Of a stretch of DNA of 29,248 nucleotides, positions 1 through 10,120 are shown piece by piece. How positions within the stretch are numbered: the first letter of the stretch is position 1; every line of letters starts with the position of its first letter. Under the pieces are notes generated by a model. It did not search any database, was not told where the DNA came from, and worked only from the letters and a program-made list of their open reading frames with translations. The stretch lies in assembly GCF_004010195.1 (NCBI RefSeq), contig NC_057719.1, positions 75,376,597-75,405,844 on the forward strand, in the 5' to 3' direction. The stretch is from Chiloscyllium plagiosum. Taxonomy: Eukaryota. The translations under genes and the position numbers were made by a program.

Positions 1-67
1 ACACCTATTTCTCTTTGCATTCTAAATAGCAAAGATTTTTCCTCCTGATTCCCTGACTCTAGTTTTG

Positions 68-590
68 CTAGGGTTTCTTGATGACACACTTGATTAAATA
101 CAGCGTTGACGTCATTCTCCTCTCACCTCTGGAATTCAGCTCTTTTGTCCATGTTTGAACCAAGGCTGTAATGAGGTCACGAGCTGAGTGGCCCTGGTGG
201 AACCCAAATTTGGTGTCACTGAGTAGGTTATTGCTGAGCAGGTGCTGCTTGATAGCAACTTCCATCACTTTATTGATGATGGTAATTGGACAGGTTGGAT
301 TTGCTGGATTGTTGGCTGGGTTGGATTTGTTGAATATTTCACATTTTCAAGTAGATGCCAGTGTACAGCTTGGCTAGGGAGCAGTACCTCCAACAGTTTC
401 TTGATATCAAGTGAAGTGAATCAAATTGATTGAAGACTGGTATCTGTAATGCTGGGGACCACTGCAGGAGACAGAAGTGGACCATCCAATCAGCACTTCT
501 GGCTGGAGATTGCTATGAATGCTACAGCCTTATCTTTTGCATTGATGTTCCATCATTGAGGACGGGGATATTTGTGGAGCTGTCATTGGC
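68..590 (-). mobile_element. Decayed non-LTR retrotransposon (CR1/L2-group LINE), reverse-transcriptase fragment
   Basis: ORF 68-268(-) reads LLSDTKFGFHQGHSARDLITALVQTWTKELNSRGE, matching the LINE RT 'QFGFR.G.S...' motif region; frameshifted. Clade and boundaries approximate. Confidence 0.75.
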
Positions 591-841
591 TCCTATCAAT
601 CAAACCTTCATTCCTATCCCAGCATCAAAAGCTTGAAATATAATTGTCTAAAAGTTATGAAACCCGGGTGCTGGGTTTAAGTCATTTGAAAAGAAATCCT
701 GTTCTTCCAAAATTAAATAGCAGATGATCATTTAATAGTTTCACATGGCAACTTTTTTGCTATGATTACTAAATGCTTGGATAAAAAAAACTCCCAAGGT
801 GTTCATCTATCTAACAATCCCGGACGAGCCCGTGTTTCTTA

Positions 842-1155
842 GGGTGGCACGGTGGCACAGTGGTTAGCTCACAGCGCCAAAGACCCGGGTTCAATTCCCA
901 CCTCAGGCAACTGTCTGTGTGGAGTTTGCACATTCTCCCTGTGTCTGCGTGGGTTTCCTCCGGGTGCTCCGGTTTCCTTCCACAGCATAAAGATGCGCAG
1001 GTTAGGGGAATTGGCCATACTAAATTGCCCGTAGTGTTAGGTGAAAGGGGTAAATGTAGGGGAATGGGTCTGGGTGGGTTGCGCTTCATCGGATCGGTGT
1101 GGTCTTATTGGGCCGAAGGGCCTGTTTCCTCACTGTAAGTAAGCTAATCTAATCT
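842..1155 (+). mobile_element. HE1-type (V-SINE) tRNA-derived SINE, full length
   Basis: A-box-like GGTGGCACAGTGGTTAGC, B-box-like GGTTCAATTCC, central TGTGTGGAGTTTGCACATTCTCCC...GGGTTTCCTCCGGGTGCTCCGGTTTCC domain, CR1-like 3' end and (TAATC)n tail; four further copies in the window. Confidence 0.9.
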
Positions 1156-1208
1156 AAAAAACACACAATGCACTTTGAGGCCTTTGAGACAGCTTATGAG
1201 GTATTAGA

Positions 1209-1305
1209 AGTGGCTTTTGTTGTGCAGTGGTAATGTCCCTATCTCTGGTCCACGAGGTCTGGGTTCAAGTCCTACCTTATCCAGGTCATTACATCTCTGA
1301 ACAGG
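1209..1305 (+). mobile_element. Old tRNA-derived SINE-like repeat (second family)
   Basis: GTGCAGTGGTAATGTCCC (A-box-like) and GGGTTCAAGTCC (B-box-like); a diverged relative lies at 25264-25380. Confidence 0.55.
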
Positions 1306-1419
1306 AGAATGTCAATAAGGTGTTATATAAGTGTAAATATTTCAGTTGCTTATGCCATTGTTTCTATTTTACCACACTGCCATCTAGAGCTTAGATATTA
1401 CACTGCAAGTTATGAAAGC

Positions 1420-1546
1420 GAGGTAAAAACAAGGACTGCAGATGCTGGAAACCAGAGTCTAGATTAGAGTGGGGCTGGGAAAGCACAGCAGGTCAGGCGG
1501 CATCCAAGGAGCAGGAAAATCGACGTTTTGGGCAAAAGCCCTTCAT
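1420..1546 (-). mobile_element. Short non-autonomous Penelope-terminal-repeat-derived element with hammerhead remnant and 14-bp TSD
   Basis: Flanked by exact direct repeat CAAGTTATGAAAGC (1406-1419 and 1547-1560); the minus strand matches the PLE 3' end at 11848-11971. Confidence 0.85.
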
Positions 1547-1894
1547 CAAGTTATGAAAGCTGTTCGGTACAAAGTCCAACAAGGTCTGCAGCTGGCATTG
1601 GGATATATTGGCACAATATGTTGGGTGACCTTTGGTGGAGACCAGAGATATTAGGTGTAGACCACAAATCTCTAACTATAAACCTAACTGTGCAATTTTT
1701 ATAAATTGCGAAAATATACCTTATTCATGAATATCTTTATTTACATGCGTGGTTACTAAAGCAGTTCTGTACAGTCTTTGCATTTGAGGAAGAGCATGTC
1801 TGTTTATTCAGCAAGCTCTGGGATACCAACCGCCAACTTCCATAATATGGTAATTCTGTTCGGTACTACTTAAATAGAGAAAACTACAGAAAGC

Positions 1895-2540
1895 TCCAAC
1901 ACAGAGGGACTTGGAGACGTTTGTGCATCAAACACAGGTAGCAGGTAGTCAGGCAGGCCAATGGAATGTTGTCACATATTTCAAGGGGGTTGGAGTATAA
2001 GAGTTGGGAAATCTTATAGTAACTGTACACGGTGCTAGTGAGACCACACCTGGAATACCGTGAGCAGTTTTGGTCATTTTATTTAAGGAAGGATATGGTT
2101 TCCTTGGAGGCAGTTCAGAGGAGGTTCACTTGGATGACCTCTGGCATGGAGGGATTGTCTTATGAGCAAAGGTTAAACAGGTGAGAACTCCATTCACTGG
2201 AGTTTAGAAGAATGAGAGGTAATCTTATTGAAACATGTGAGATTCTTCAGCGGCTTGACAGAGAGGATGATCCCCCTCATGGAAGAGTCCAGGTTCAGAG
2301 GGCAAACTCTCAAAATGAAGGGCACAAATGTAAGACTGAGATGAGGAGGAATTTCTTCTCTCAGAGGGTTGGAAATCTTTAGAACTCCTTGTCACAGAGA
2401 GCTGTGTAGGTAGTGTCTTTGTGTATATGCAAGGCAGAGACGGATAGATTCTTGATCAGTCAGGGAATCAAGGCTTCCAGGGAAAAAGCGTGAAAGTGCA
2501 AATGAGGACTGCCTGATCAGCCTTGATCCTCTTGAGTACG
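1895..2540 (+). mobile_element. CR1 LINE 3' fragment (ORF2 C-terminus plus 3'UTR), decayed
   Basis: Alignable by eye to the CR1 copy at 5331-6250 (CAGAGGGACTTGG, GTGAGACCACACCTGGAATAC = VRPHLEY, AGAATGAGAGGTAATCTTATTGAAAC). Confidence 0.85.
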
Positions 2541-2589
2541 GAAACATTAAAAACTATTAAAATTATCTGCTATTTCTGACGGTGACTGC

Positions 2590-4200
2590 AAGGATCCCGA
2601 GGGAAAAAAACCTTCCAGATTTCAGAAGGTCAACGTAAAATTCAAGACAATTTCTGGATTGTGTTCATGTCATACCAACAATAGTCAGGTGAAACAATTG
2701 ACCAATCCATTGTCAGATGTCGCCAAAAAAATTACAGAATGTAATTTCTCCGAAGCTAATATAGCTGAGACACTAATGGAAATGAACATTGGGTGTACAT
2801 TCTTCATAAAAGCTCCACTGCTTAAACCCAAAGAATATGCCATTGATACATTATCAGATGACAGACGCATGGTCAAAGCCATAGTTATGCATCACCAGCA
2901 TCCTCAGCTGCTTGACTGTGCAACAATAATTGCAGCCGCCTTTGATTGGTCAATGAAATGTTCAAATATTGCAAGAAGTGCCACTTGTCTCACATGCAAG
3001 TCACTGTCCAGCATTTCACAACATATCAAAGCTGTGCTCCATAAGGGATCATTGGGCTAAAATGTATAGGAACTCCAACTGTTCAGAGAAACCCAAAGTA
3101 CAATACAGTTGCATGTGAAGAATAGTCAACTAAAGAACAATATCATGGCCATTTCTGAAGTTCTGAAGAAAAGTCACTGGATTTCAAGCATTAATTTACT
3201 GATGCTACCAGATGGCTGAGTTTCTCCAGCAGTTTCTGTTTTTGGTGCAATATTCTGTGCATGGCAAGCACGCAAGTCAACAAAGTCCAAAAGCTAACAA
3301 CAATGTTTCGGTTCGCAGACCCCAGTCAGACAGTACATTTAGGAAACTTGATACACCAAATAGTTACCCAACTGAAAAACTGAAGTCTTTAACGCTGTCC
3401 AATGATATATCCCAAAAGGAATGAACAATTTGCACAACGTGCCAAAATTATTCTGGTACCAGGTCTGACATCATTGCTTTACACAAGATCTATTTGAGAT
3501 ACTGTCACAATGCAGTGCAGACCACAAAAGTTAAGCTAACTGTTAACAGGGGACCAACATCCCAACATTGGCATTATTCATGTCAAATGAAACTTGAAAT
3601 CTTTCACTCTCACTGGTCTACCAACATGCACCAATCTATCTTAGGATTCATGAGTTAACAAACTTGGCATTTGCAACACCAAAGATTCTGAACCACAACA
3701 ATGATCTCATATGTTTTGGTCACAGCTGAGTACAGCAGGTGTAGCAAACTATGTCAGTTGACCAGCCAAACAGCTCATCATCATAACCATAACAATCAGG
3801 TGTGCTGAATGCATCTCGCAGGGTCCCGAAATTATTTATGTTCATGTTGGATTTTCAAAGGTGAACTTGGACTCTCCAAGAATGTAATCCTCAAAGGCAA
3901 ACAGCTCTGCAAGCTCCATGTTAAGGCACATGAGACTCTATACCTAACACGAAGAAAACCACCCAATTGTGTTTGGACCTATCTATTGGCATAGAATTAA
4001 TAAGGACATTGATTAGCTGATCAAGTCATGTGAAATATACCAAGATAATTTGCTCTTCTACACAAGATTCCTTGTGAACCTTGGTGCAAGAGAGTGATTG
4101 ATATTTGCCATGTCCAAGGACATAATTACATTCTAGTGATTGACTATTTCACCAAAATGCATTTTGTGTGACAAATCAAAGCAAACACTGATGCCTTTGT
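2590..4200 (+). mobile_element. Ty3/Gypsy LTR retrotransposon internal relic (gag zinc knuckle, protease trace, integrase)
   Basis: Hand translation across frameshifts: CKKCHLSH..HCPAF...HWAKM (~2970-3070, gag knuckles); KLDT (~3343, protease-like); CWIFKGELGLSKNVILKG; IYWHRINKDID*LIKSCEIYQ (from 3981); PCEPWCKRVIDICHVQGHNYILVIDYFTK (~4070-4156, integrase core start). Confidence 0.8.
3159..3245 (+). mobile_element. PLE terminal-repeat fragment with decayed hammerhead motif, inserted in the Gypsy relic
   Basis: CTGAAGA-A-AAGTC-ACTG-GATTT-CAAGC followed by GATGCTACCAGA...CTGAGTTTCTCCAGCAGTTTCTGTTTTTG, like the other PLE ends. Confidence 0.65.
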
Positions 4201-4300
4201 TTTGTTTTAGTGGTTTTTCCATCTGGAACATTGTTGCTTTGGAAATATTGAACATATTGCAATCGAGGAATGTGCCACTCTATTATGCATTATAATGTAG

Positions 4301-5052
4301 TTAGAGTCACAGAGTCATAGAGATGTACAGCATGGAAACAGACCCTTTGGTCCAATACATTCATGCCAACCAGATATTGTAAATAATCTAGTCCCAGTTG
4401 CCAGCACTGGGCCCATGTCCCTCTAAACCCTTCCCATCCAGAAGCCTTTTAAATGCTGCAATTGTACCAGCCTCTGGCAGCTCATTCCATCCATGCACCA
4501 GCCTCTGCGTGAAAAAGTAGCCCCTTAGGTCCCTTTTATATCTTTCCTCTCTCACTAAACCTATGCCACCTATTTCTGGACTCCCCCACCCCAAGTAAAA
4601 TACTTTGTCTATTTATCCTATCCATGCTCCTCGGTGGGCGGCACGGTGGCACAGTGGTTAGCACTGCTGCCTCACAGCGCCTGAGACCCGGGTTCAATTC
4701 CCGCCTCAGGCGACTGACTGTGTGGAGTTTGCACGTTCTCCCCGTGTCTGCGTGGGTTTCCTCCGGGTGCTCCGGTTTCCTCCCACAGTCCAAAAGATGT
4801 GCAGGGTCAGGTGAATTGGCCATGCTAAATTGCCCGTAGTGTTAGGTAAGGGGTAAATGTAGGGGTATGGGTGGGTTTCGCTTTGGCGGGTCGGTGTGGA
4901 CTTGTTGGGCCGAAGGGCCTGTTTCCATACTGTAATGTAATCTGTAATCTAATCTAATCTAATCTAATTTCTAAACCTTTATAAGGTTACCCTCAGCCTC
5001 TGACATGCCAAGGAAAACAGCCCCAGCCTATTCAGCCTCTCCGTAGAGCTCA
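4301..5052 (-). mobile_element. CR1 LINE 3' fragment, interrupted by a SINE
   Basis: Begins with the reverse complement of the CR1 tail (AGAGTCATAGAGATGTACAGCATGGAAACAG); ORF 4388-4594 RYKRDLRGYFFTQRLVHGWNELP is the CR1 ORF2 C-terminus; resumes after ~4967. Confidence 0.9.
4636..4966 (+). mobile_element. HE1-type SINE, full length, nested in CR1
   Basis: Complete tRNA head, central domain, many CpGs retained, (TAATC)n tail. Confidence 0.92.
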
Positions 5053-5330
5053 TAACTCTTAAATCCTTTTAAATTAATATAACAAATGTACAGCACTCAT
5101 GACTGGTACTCTGAGCAGAACTGAAGTCACAACCAGATTTTCACCAATCACTCCCTCAGAGATCAGCAACTTTGAATAAAAACAAAAACTACCAATGCGC
5201 TTGGAGTAATTTAGCAGCAACCAATCAATCAGCAATTAAGTTGACAATAATTGATAGTCATTTTAAATAGCATACTGAATGGTGAACATTCAGGTCGAAA
5301 ATCACATCACTTGCAGTAGATAAACATAAA

Positions 5331-6250
5331 GGTACAGTTTGTAAGTTTGCAGATGACACCAAAATTGGAGGTGTCGTGGACAGCAAAGAGGGTTACCTCA
5401 GATTACAACAGGATCTTGATCAGATAGGCCAATGGGCCGAGAAGTGGCAGATGGAGTTTAATTCAGATAAATACAATGTGCTACATTTTTGGAAAGCAAA
5501 TCTTAGGAGAACTTATACACTTAATGGTAAGGCCCTAGAGAGTGTTGCTGAACAAAGAGACCTTGGAGTGCAGCTTCATAGCTCCTTGAAAGTGGAGTCG
5601 CAGGTAATAGGATAGTGAAGAAGGTGTTTGGTATACTTTCTCTTATTGGTCAGAGTACTGAGTACAGGAGTTGGGACATCATGTTGCGGCTGTACAGGAC
5701 ACTGGTTAGGCCACTGTTGGAATATTGCGAGCAATTCTGGTCTCCTTCCTATCAGAAAAATGTTTTGAAACTTGAAAGGGTTCAGAAAAGACCTACAAGG
5801 ATGTTGCCAGGGTTGGAGGATTTGAGCTATAGGGAGAGGCTGAACAGGCTGGGGCTATTTTCCATGGAGCATTGGAGGCTGAGGGGTGACCTTATAGAGG
5901 TTTACAAAACTATGAGTAGCATGGATGGGATTGATAGACAGGGTCTTTTCCCTGGGGTTGGAGAGTCTAGAACTAGAGAACATAGGTTTAGGGTGAGGTG
6001 GGAAAGATATAAAAGGGTCCTAAGGGTCAACTTTTTCACAGAGGATGGTACGTGCATGGAATGAGCTGCCAGAGGAAATGGTGGAGGCTGGTACAATTGC
6101 AATATTTAAAAGACATTTGGATAGGTGTATGAATAGGAAGGGTTTGGAGGGATATGGGCCGGGTTCTGGCAGGTGAGACTAGATTGGGTTGGCATGGATG
6201 GGTTGGACCGAAGGGGCTGTTTCCATGCTGTACATCTCTATGACTCTATT
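5331..6250 (+). mobile_element. CR1 LINE, 5'-truncated (RT C-terminal half plus 3' tail)
   Basis: KFADDTKIGG motif at ~5343; ORFs 5376-5615 and 5615-6064 (LQQDLDQIGQWAEKWQMEFN, LYRTLVRPLLEYC, RLRGDLIEVYK); ends in CTCTATGACTCTAT. Confidence 0.95.
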
Positions 6251-6487
6251 ATTGATTGACATCATGACCTGCTCATAATCTGCATTCTGCTGGTGAATTA
6301 GCTTCTGTTCGTACTGACTACTCACATATGAAAATGGCAGGTGCTGAGGCCTATATTAACAGAAGAGTATGCACAAAACGCAGCTGTACCAATCAGCATC
6401 CATAGCGCCACTAATACAGGCATTACACAAAACTTTGCAGCTTTGGTGTTCCAAATGTAGCAATGTATAAAAATTTGATTATGAACT

Positions 6488-6612
6488 GTGGTCGTTGCTG
6501 GCTGGGCAGCTTTTATTGCCCGTCCATAGTTGCCCTTGAGAAGGTGGTAGTGCCTTCTTGAACGCGTGCAATTTAATTAGCGTAGGTTGACCCACAAAGA
6601 CATGAGGGAGCC
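6488..6612 (-). mobile_element. LINE 3'-end fragment, same family as 23480-24050
   Basis: TTTATTGCCCGTCCATAGTTGCCCTTGAGAAGGTGGTAG resembles ~23520-23560. Confidence 0.55.
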
Positions 6613-7229
6613 ACCTCCCATTTTGTTAAGTGAGTAGCTTGTGGGAGCACATGAATTGTGTACCAGCAGAATACAAATTATGGGCAGAGCCTGATGTCAA
6701 TTAATAATGCTTACTTTCTGCAAATTATGTAATTTTTGATGCTGAAGGTAAATTTTTAAACTGATTTTGGAAGAATAAGTGATATGTTTCTAACTCTGGG
6801 TAGTGGGTGACCTGGGCAGAGGAAACTCGCAAATGGTGGTGTTCCCTTTTAATTTAAAAACAAAGGAACTGATAATTTTTACCCTTTCTAATTTTCCTGC
6901 TGAATGGCTCTTTAAATCTTGACTTAACCACCACTGAAAGTTGGAAATAAACGGACTGGAGCTCCACAGGAACGTCATCCATTACTCCCAAGTTTTACTG
7001 TTTGTGTTTCTTCTGGGAAAACGCTTTTGAACTTGACTTTCACTGTATCTGGTGACTTCCATGGTAAATTTTGTTTAAAAAAAGTCAGTAAAACAACCTA
7101 TGCAACCTAATAGTAGAAAAAGAATGCAAAATCACTCCAGCATTATACTACTAAGTGACAAATTGAATGGAAACACTGAGCAATGAAAACATTCTGGATG
7201 AGCAGCATGTGAGGCTCAGGGACTGGATT

Positions 7230-7412
7230 GGGGTGAATTGTCGGCCGGGCCCGAGTGTTCGGGGCTGCTGTACCGGCCGGAACGGTATCCGCGCTGCACA
7301 CGGGAAAGCACAGGGTGCACCGCCCAAAGGGGTCCGCTACGTTCTTGGCGCTCGGAGTTTGTGGGAAGGAGGTGGTTGCAGTCGGACGGAGCCCCTCCCT
7401 CGGTCCGGCGTC
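7230..7412 (+). promoter_or_regulatory. CpG-rich promoter / 5'UTR of COX16
   Basis: The only non-repeat GC- and CpG-dense tract in an otherwise CpG-depleted window, directly upstream of the exon 1 ATG; no obvious TATA box. TSS not determinable. Confidence 0.75.
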
Positions 7413-7463
7413 ATGGGTCTCCTGAACAGGAGCAGGACTCTGAGGTTCGGACTTCCCATGTTG
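7413..7463 (+). CDS. COX16: COX16 coding exon 1 (MGLLNRSRTLRFGLPML)
   Basis: Strong Kozak context GGCGTCATGG; peptide resembles human COX16 'KNKTLGYGVPML' (recalled); followed by donor GTGAGT at 7464, phase 0, in frame with exon 2. Confidence 0.9.
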
Positions 7464-7507
7464 GTGAGTGGAGGGGAGTGGAGGGGAGGGGGAAGAGTCG
7501 GGGGTTA

Positions 7508-8050
7508 ATAGAGAGTCATAGAGATGTACAGCATGGAAACAGACCCTTCAGTCCAACCTTTCTACGCCGACCAGATATCCCAACCCAATCTAGTCCCACC
7601 TGCCACCACCCGGCCCATATCCCTCCAAACCCTTCCTATTCATATACCCATCCAAATGCCTCTTAAATGTTGCAATTGTACCAGCCCCACCNNNNNNNNN
7701 NGGAAAACAGCCCCAGCATGTTCAGCCTCTCCCAGTAGCTCAAATCCTCCAACCCTGGCAACATCCTTGTAAATCTTTTCTGAACCTATTCAAGTTTCAC
7801 AACATCCTTCTGATAGGAGAGAGACCAAAATTGCACACAATATTCCAAAAATGGCCAAAGTAATTTCCTGTACAGCCGCAACATGACCTCCCAACTCCTA
7901 TGTTCAGTGCAAACCAAATGCCGCCTTCACTATCCTATCTTCCTGCAACCCCACTTTCAAGGCAATATGAACCTGCACTCCAAGGTGTCTTTGTTCAGCA
8001 ACATTCCCCAGGACCTTAACATTAAGTCCTGCTCTGATTTGCCTTTCCAA
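7508..8050 (-). mobile_element. CR1 LINE 3' fragment (contains assembly gap 7692-7701)
   Basis: Reverse complement of the same family as 5331-6250; ORF 7904-8107 contains LGNVAEQRHLGVQVH. Confidence 0.9.
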
Positions 8051-8072
8051 GAGCAAAGGTTGTAAGTTTGTT

Positions 8073-8114
8073 CTCAGACGTTTCATTGCCATGCTCGGTA
8101 ACATCATCAGTGAG
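8073..8114 (-). ncRNA. Minimal type-I hammerhead ribozyme motif, intact catalytic core
   Basis: Minus strand: CUCA CUGAUGA U GUUACC GAGCAU GGCAAU GAAACGUC UGAG. Helix I CUCA/UGAG, helix II 5 of 6 pairs, palindromic ACGU helix III, GUC cleavage triplet. Activity untested. Confidence 0.8.
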
Positions 8115-9624
8115 CTTCCGGTGAAGCGCTGGTGTTCTGTCCTGCTTTCTATTTATGTGTCTTGGTCTGTTATGGTGAAATTCACAAGATAGATCTCCAA
8201 AGAAGGAAACCTGATGGATCCAACTCACCCCACTTCCTTGGATTACCTAAGGTACACAAACTAAGGGCCCCTGAGACCCATAGTCTCACTCCCTGGCACA
8301 CCGACGTACAGACTAGCAAAGGAACTTCATTGTAAACTGAAATAACTGTTAGAAGACTCATGGCACTGCATCCACTCCACCCAAGAATTCCTGAACACCA
8401 TCAAAGACACCAAGATAGAAGAGGAAAAAGTCATGGTCTCCTTTAATGTAACGACTCTATTCACATCAATTAACATCAGCATAGCCAAGGAATCATGATC
8501 TCACTACTAGAGGAACGAAGGACACAAACACCAGACAGCACCAACTCCATCAGCAAGGACAGCATCCTCAACACCTGTGCCTTACTACCCACTGCACCTT
8601 CAACGACAAGACCTACAAACAAATCAACGGGACACCCGTGGGATCACCAATATTGGGTTTCTTAGCAGAAGCAGTAATACAGAAACTCAAATGAACAGCC
8701 CTCCCCATTATCCAGTCCATGCTTTGGATCTGCTATGTGGATGATGCCTTTGTCATCACAAAATGGAACAACGTCCTTTCTGCCATAAATTTCACCATAG
8801 AGGAAGAGAACAACAAAAAACTCTCCTTCCTAGATGTCACAGTGGAACAAACAGTCAGTAGAGAACTGCAGACCAGTTTCTACAGGAAAGCCACACACGC
8901 AGACCAGATACTCAACTATAGGAGCAATCATCCCAATACCCACAAACGGAGCTGCATCAGGACATTATTTATATCGGCCACAAAACTGTGTCGCACCCAG
9001 GAACTACGAGCAGCAGAAGAAAAATATCTGTACAGTGTATTCAAGAACAATGGGTACCTAATGAATACAATCTGCTGATTCTTAAACAGTAAACTCAATC
9101 AAGAAGACACGTGCCCTGAGACTATCCACACTACCATATATTAAAGACATCAATATATCATATATCAATGACTACCAGACTGCCGTGACTGGCACCATGG
9201 TAGCCCACAAACATACCAACACACTGAAACCAGCTACCTAAAGGATCCTGTGTCAACATCCAACAAAACGAATGTTATTTACAAAATACCCTGCAAGGAC
9301 CGCAACAAATGCAACATCAGACAGACAGGCAGAAAACTAGCCACCAAAAGACATGACCAGCTGTCACTAGTAATCTTACACACAGACGAAGAAGGACACC
9401 ACTTTGACTGGGACAACACATCCATCCTAGGACAATCTAAACAGATACATGCATGGGAACTCCTGGAGGCCTGGCATTTAAACCAGAACTCCATCAATAA
9501 ACACATTGATTTGGACCCCATTTATCAACCTCTGAGACAAAGAACTGGAAATGATATCACACACATTAAGAGAACAAGACCCACAAATACAAAGCGGTAC
9601 AGAATACCAGTGCTCCAATGGAGG

Positions 9625-9666
9625 CTCACTGATAATGTTATGTAGCATGGTGACAACACATCTGAA
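9625..9666 (+). ncRNA. Degenerate hammerhead motif in the 3' terminal repeat of the same PLE
   Basis: CUCA CUGAUAA U GUUAUG UAGCAU GGUGAC AACACAUC UGAA; core mutated, presumed inactive. Confidence 0.7.
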
Positions 9667-9804
9667 AACAAACTTATCAGCTCAGCGAGCAAACTTACAA
9701 CCTGAACTTCAACCTGAGCTACAAATGTTCTCAGATCGCAGAGAGGAGGAGGGTTAATGGTGGTGAGGGTGTAAGGATGGCTGTGTGGAGGGGGGAGAGT
9801 GCCA

Positions 9805-9965
9805 TAGATTCTTGATCAGTTGGGGAATCAATGGTTTTTGAAGGAGGGGGGTGGAAGGGCAAAGAAAGTGGACTTCAGGACGGTTCAGATCAGTCAACCA
9901 CGATTCTATTTAATAGGGCAATAGGCTTAAGGGGCCGGACGGCCTCCTGTCCCTGTTTCTGATCC
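9805..9965 (+). mobile_element. CR1 3'-end fragment
   Basis: ATAGATTCTTGATCAGTTGGGGAATCAA matches 2444-2471; followed by a CR1-like tail. Confidence 0.7.
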
Positions 9966-10120
9966 TTTTACAAAGAAGATTGGGTTCAGCAGCGGCAGAG
10001 CATGGGCCGACTGGGGAAAGGGGTAGTCTGGCTAATGGGAGAGTGAGCGATTTGAATGAAGTGACAGATATGGCGAAGTGGGTGGAAAAGTGAAGGGAAG
10101 TAAGGAAGAGATGGGAGCAC

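Larger units (their letters stand above)
8058..9740 (+). mobile_element. Penelope-like retroelement (RT plus GIY-YIG endonuclease) with inverted 5' terminal repeat, decayed
   Basis: WICYVDDAFVI, LSFLDVTV and FYRKATHADQILNYRSNHP (PLE RT and thumb); NVIYKIPCKD...RQTGRKL and FDWDNTSIL (GIY-YIG). Segment 8058-8186 is an inverted copy of ~9550-9712. Confidence 0.92.

Noticed and set aside
842..915. tRNA gene-like A and B boxes
   Set aside because: They are SINE heads continuing into the SINE body; no complete cloverleaf.
811..1138. Recurrent ORFs such as CGRKPEHPEETHADTGRMCKLHT (also at 4536, 21394, 26132, 27593)
   Set aside because: Chance translations of HE1 SINE copies, not a gene family.
2659..3060. 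133-aa ORF as a host gene
   Set aside because: Non-ATG start, no splice support, and it lies in the decayed Gypsy gag region.
7238..7666. 142-aa ORF across the promoter
   Set aside because: GC-rich open frame running over the exon 1 donor into a CR1 tail; out of frame with COX16.
7692..7701. N runs (also 11811-11819)
   Set aside because: Assembly gaps; distances across them are uncertain and they are not biological features.
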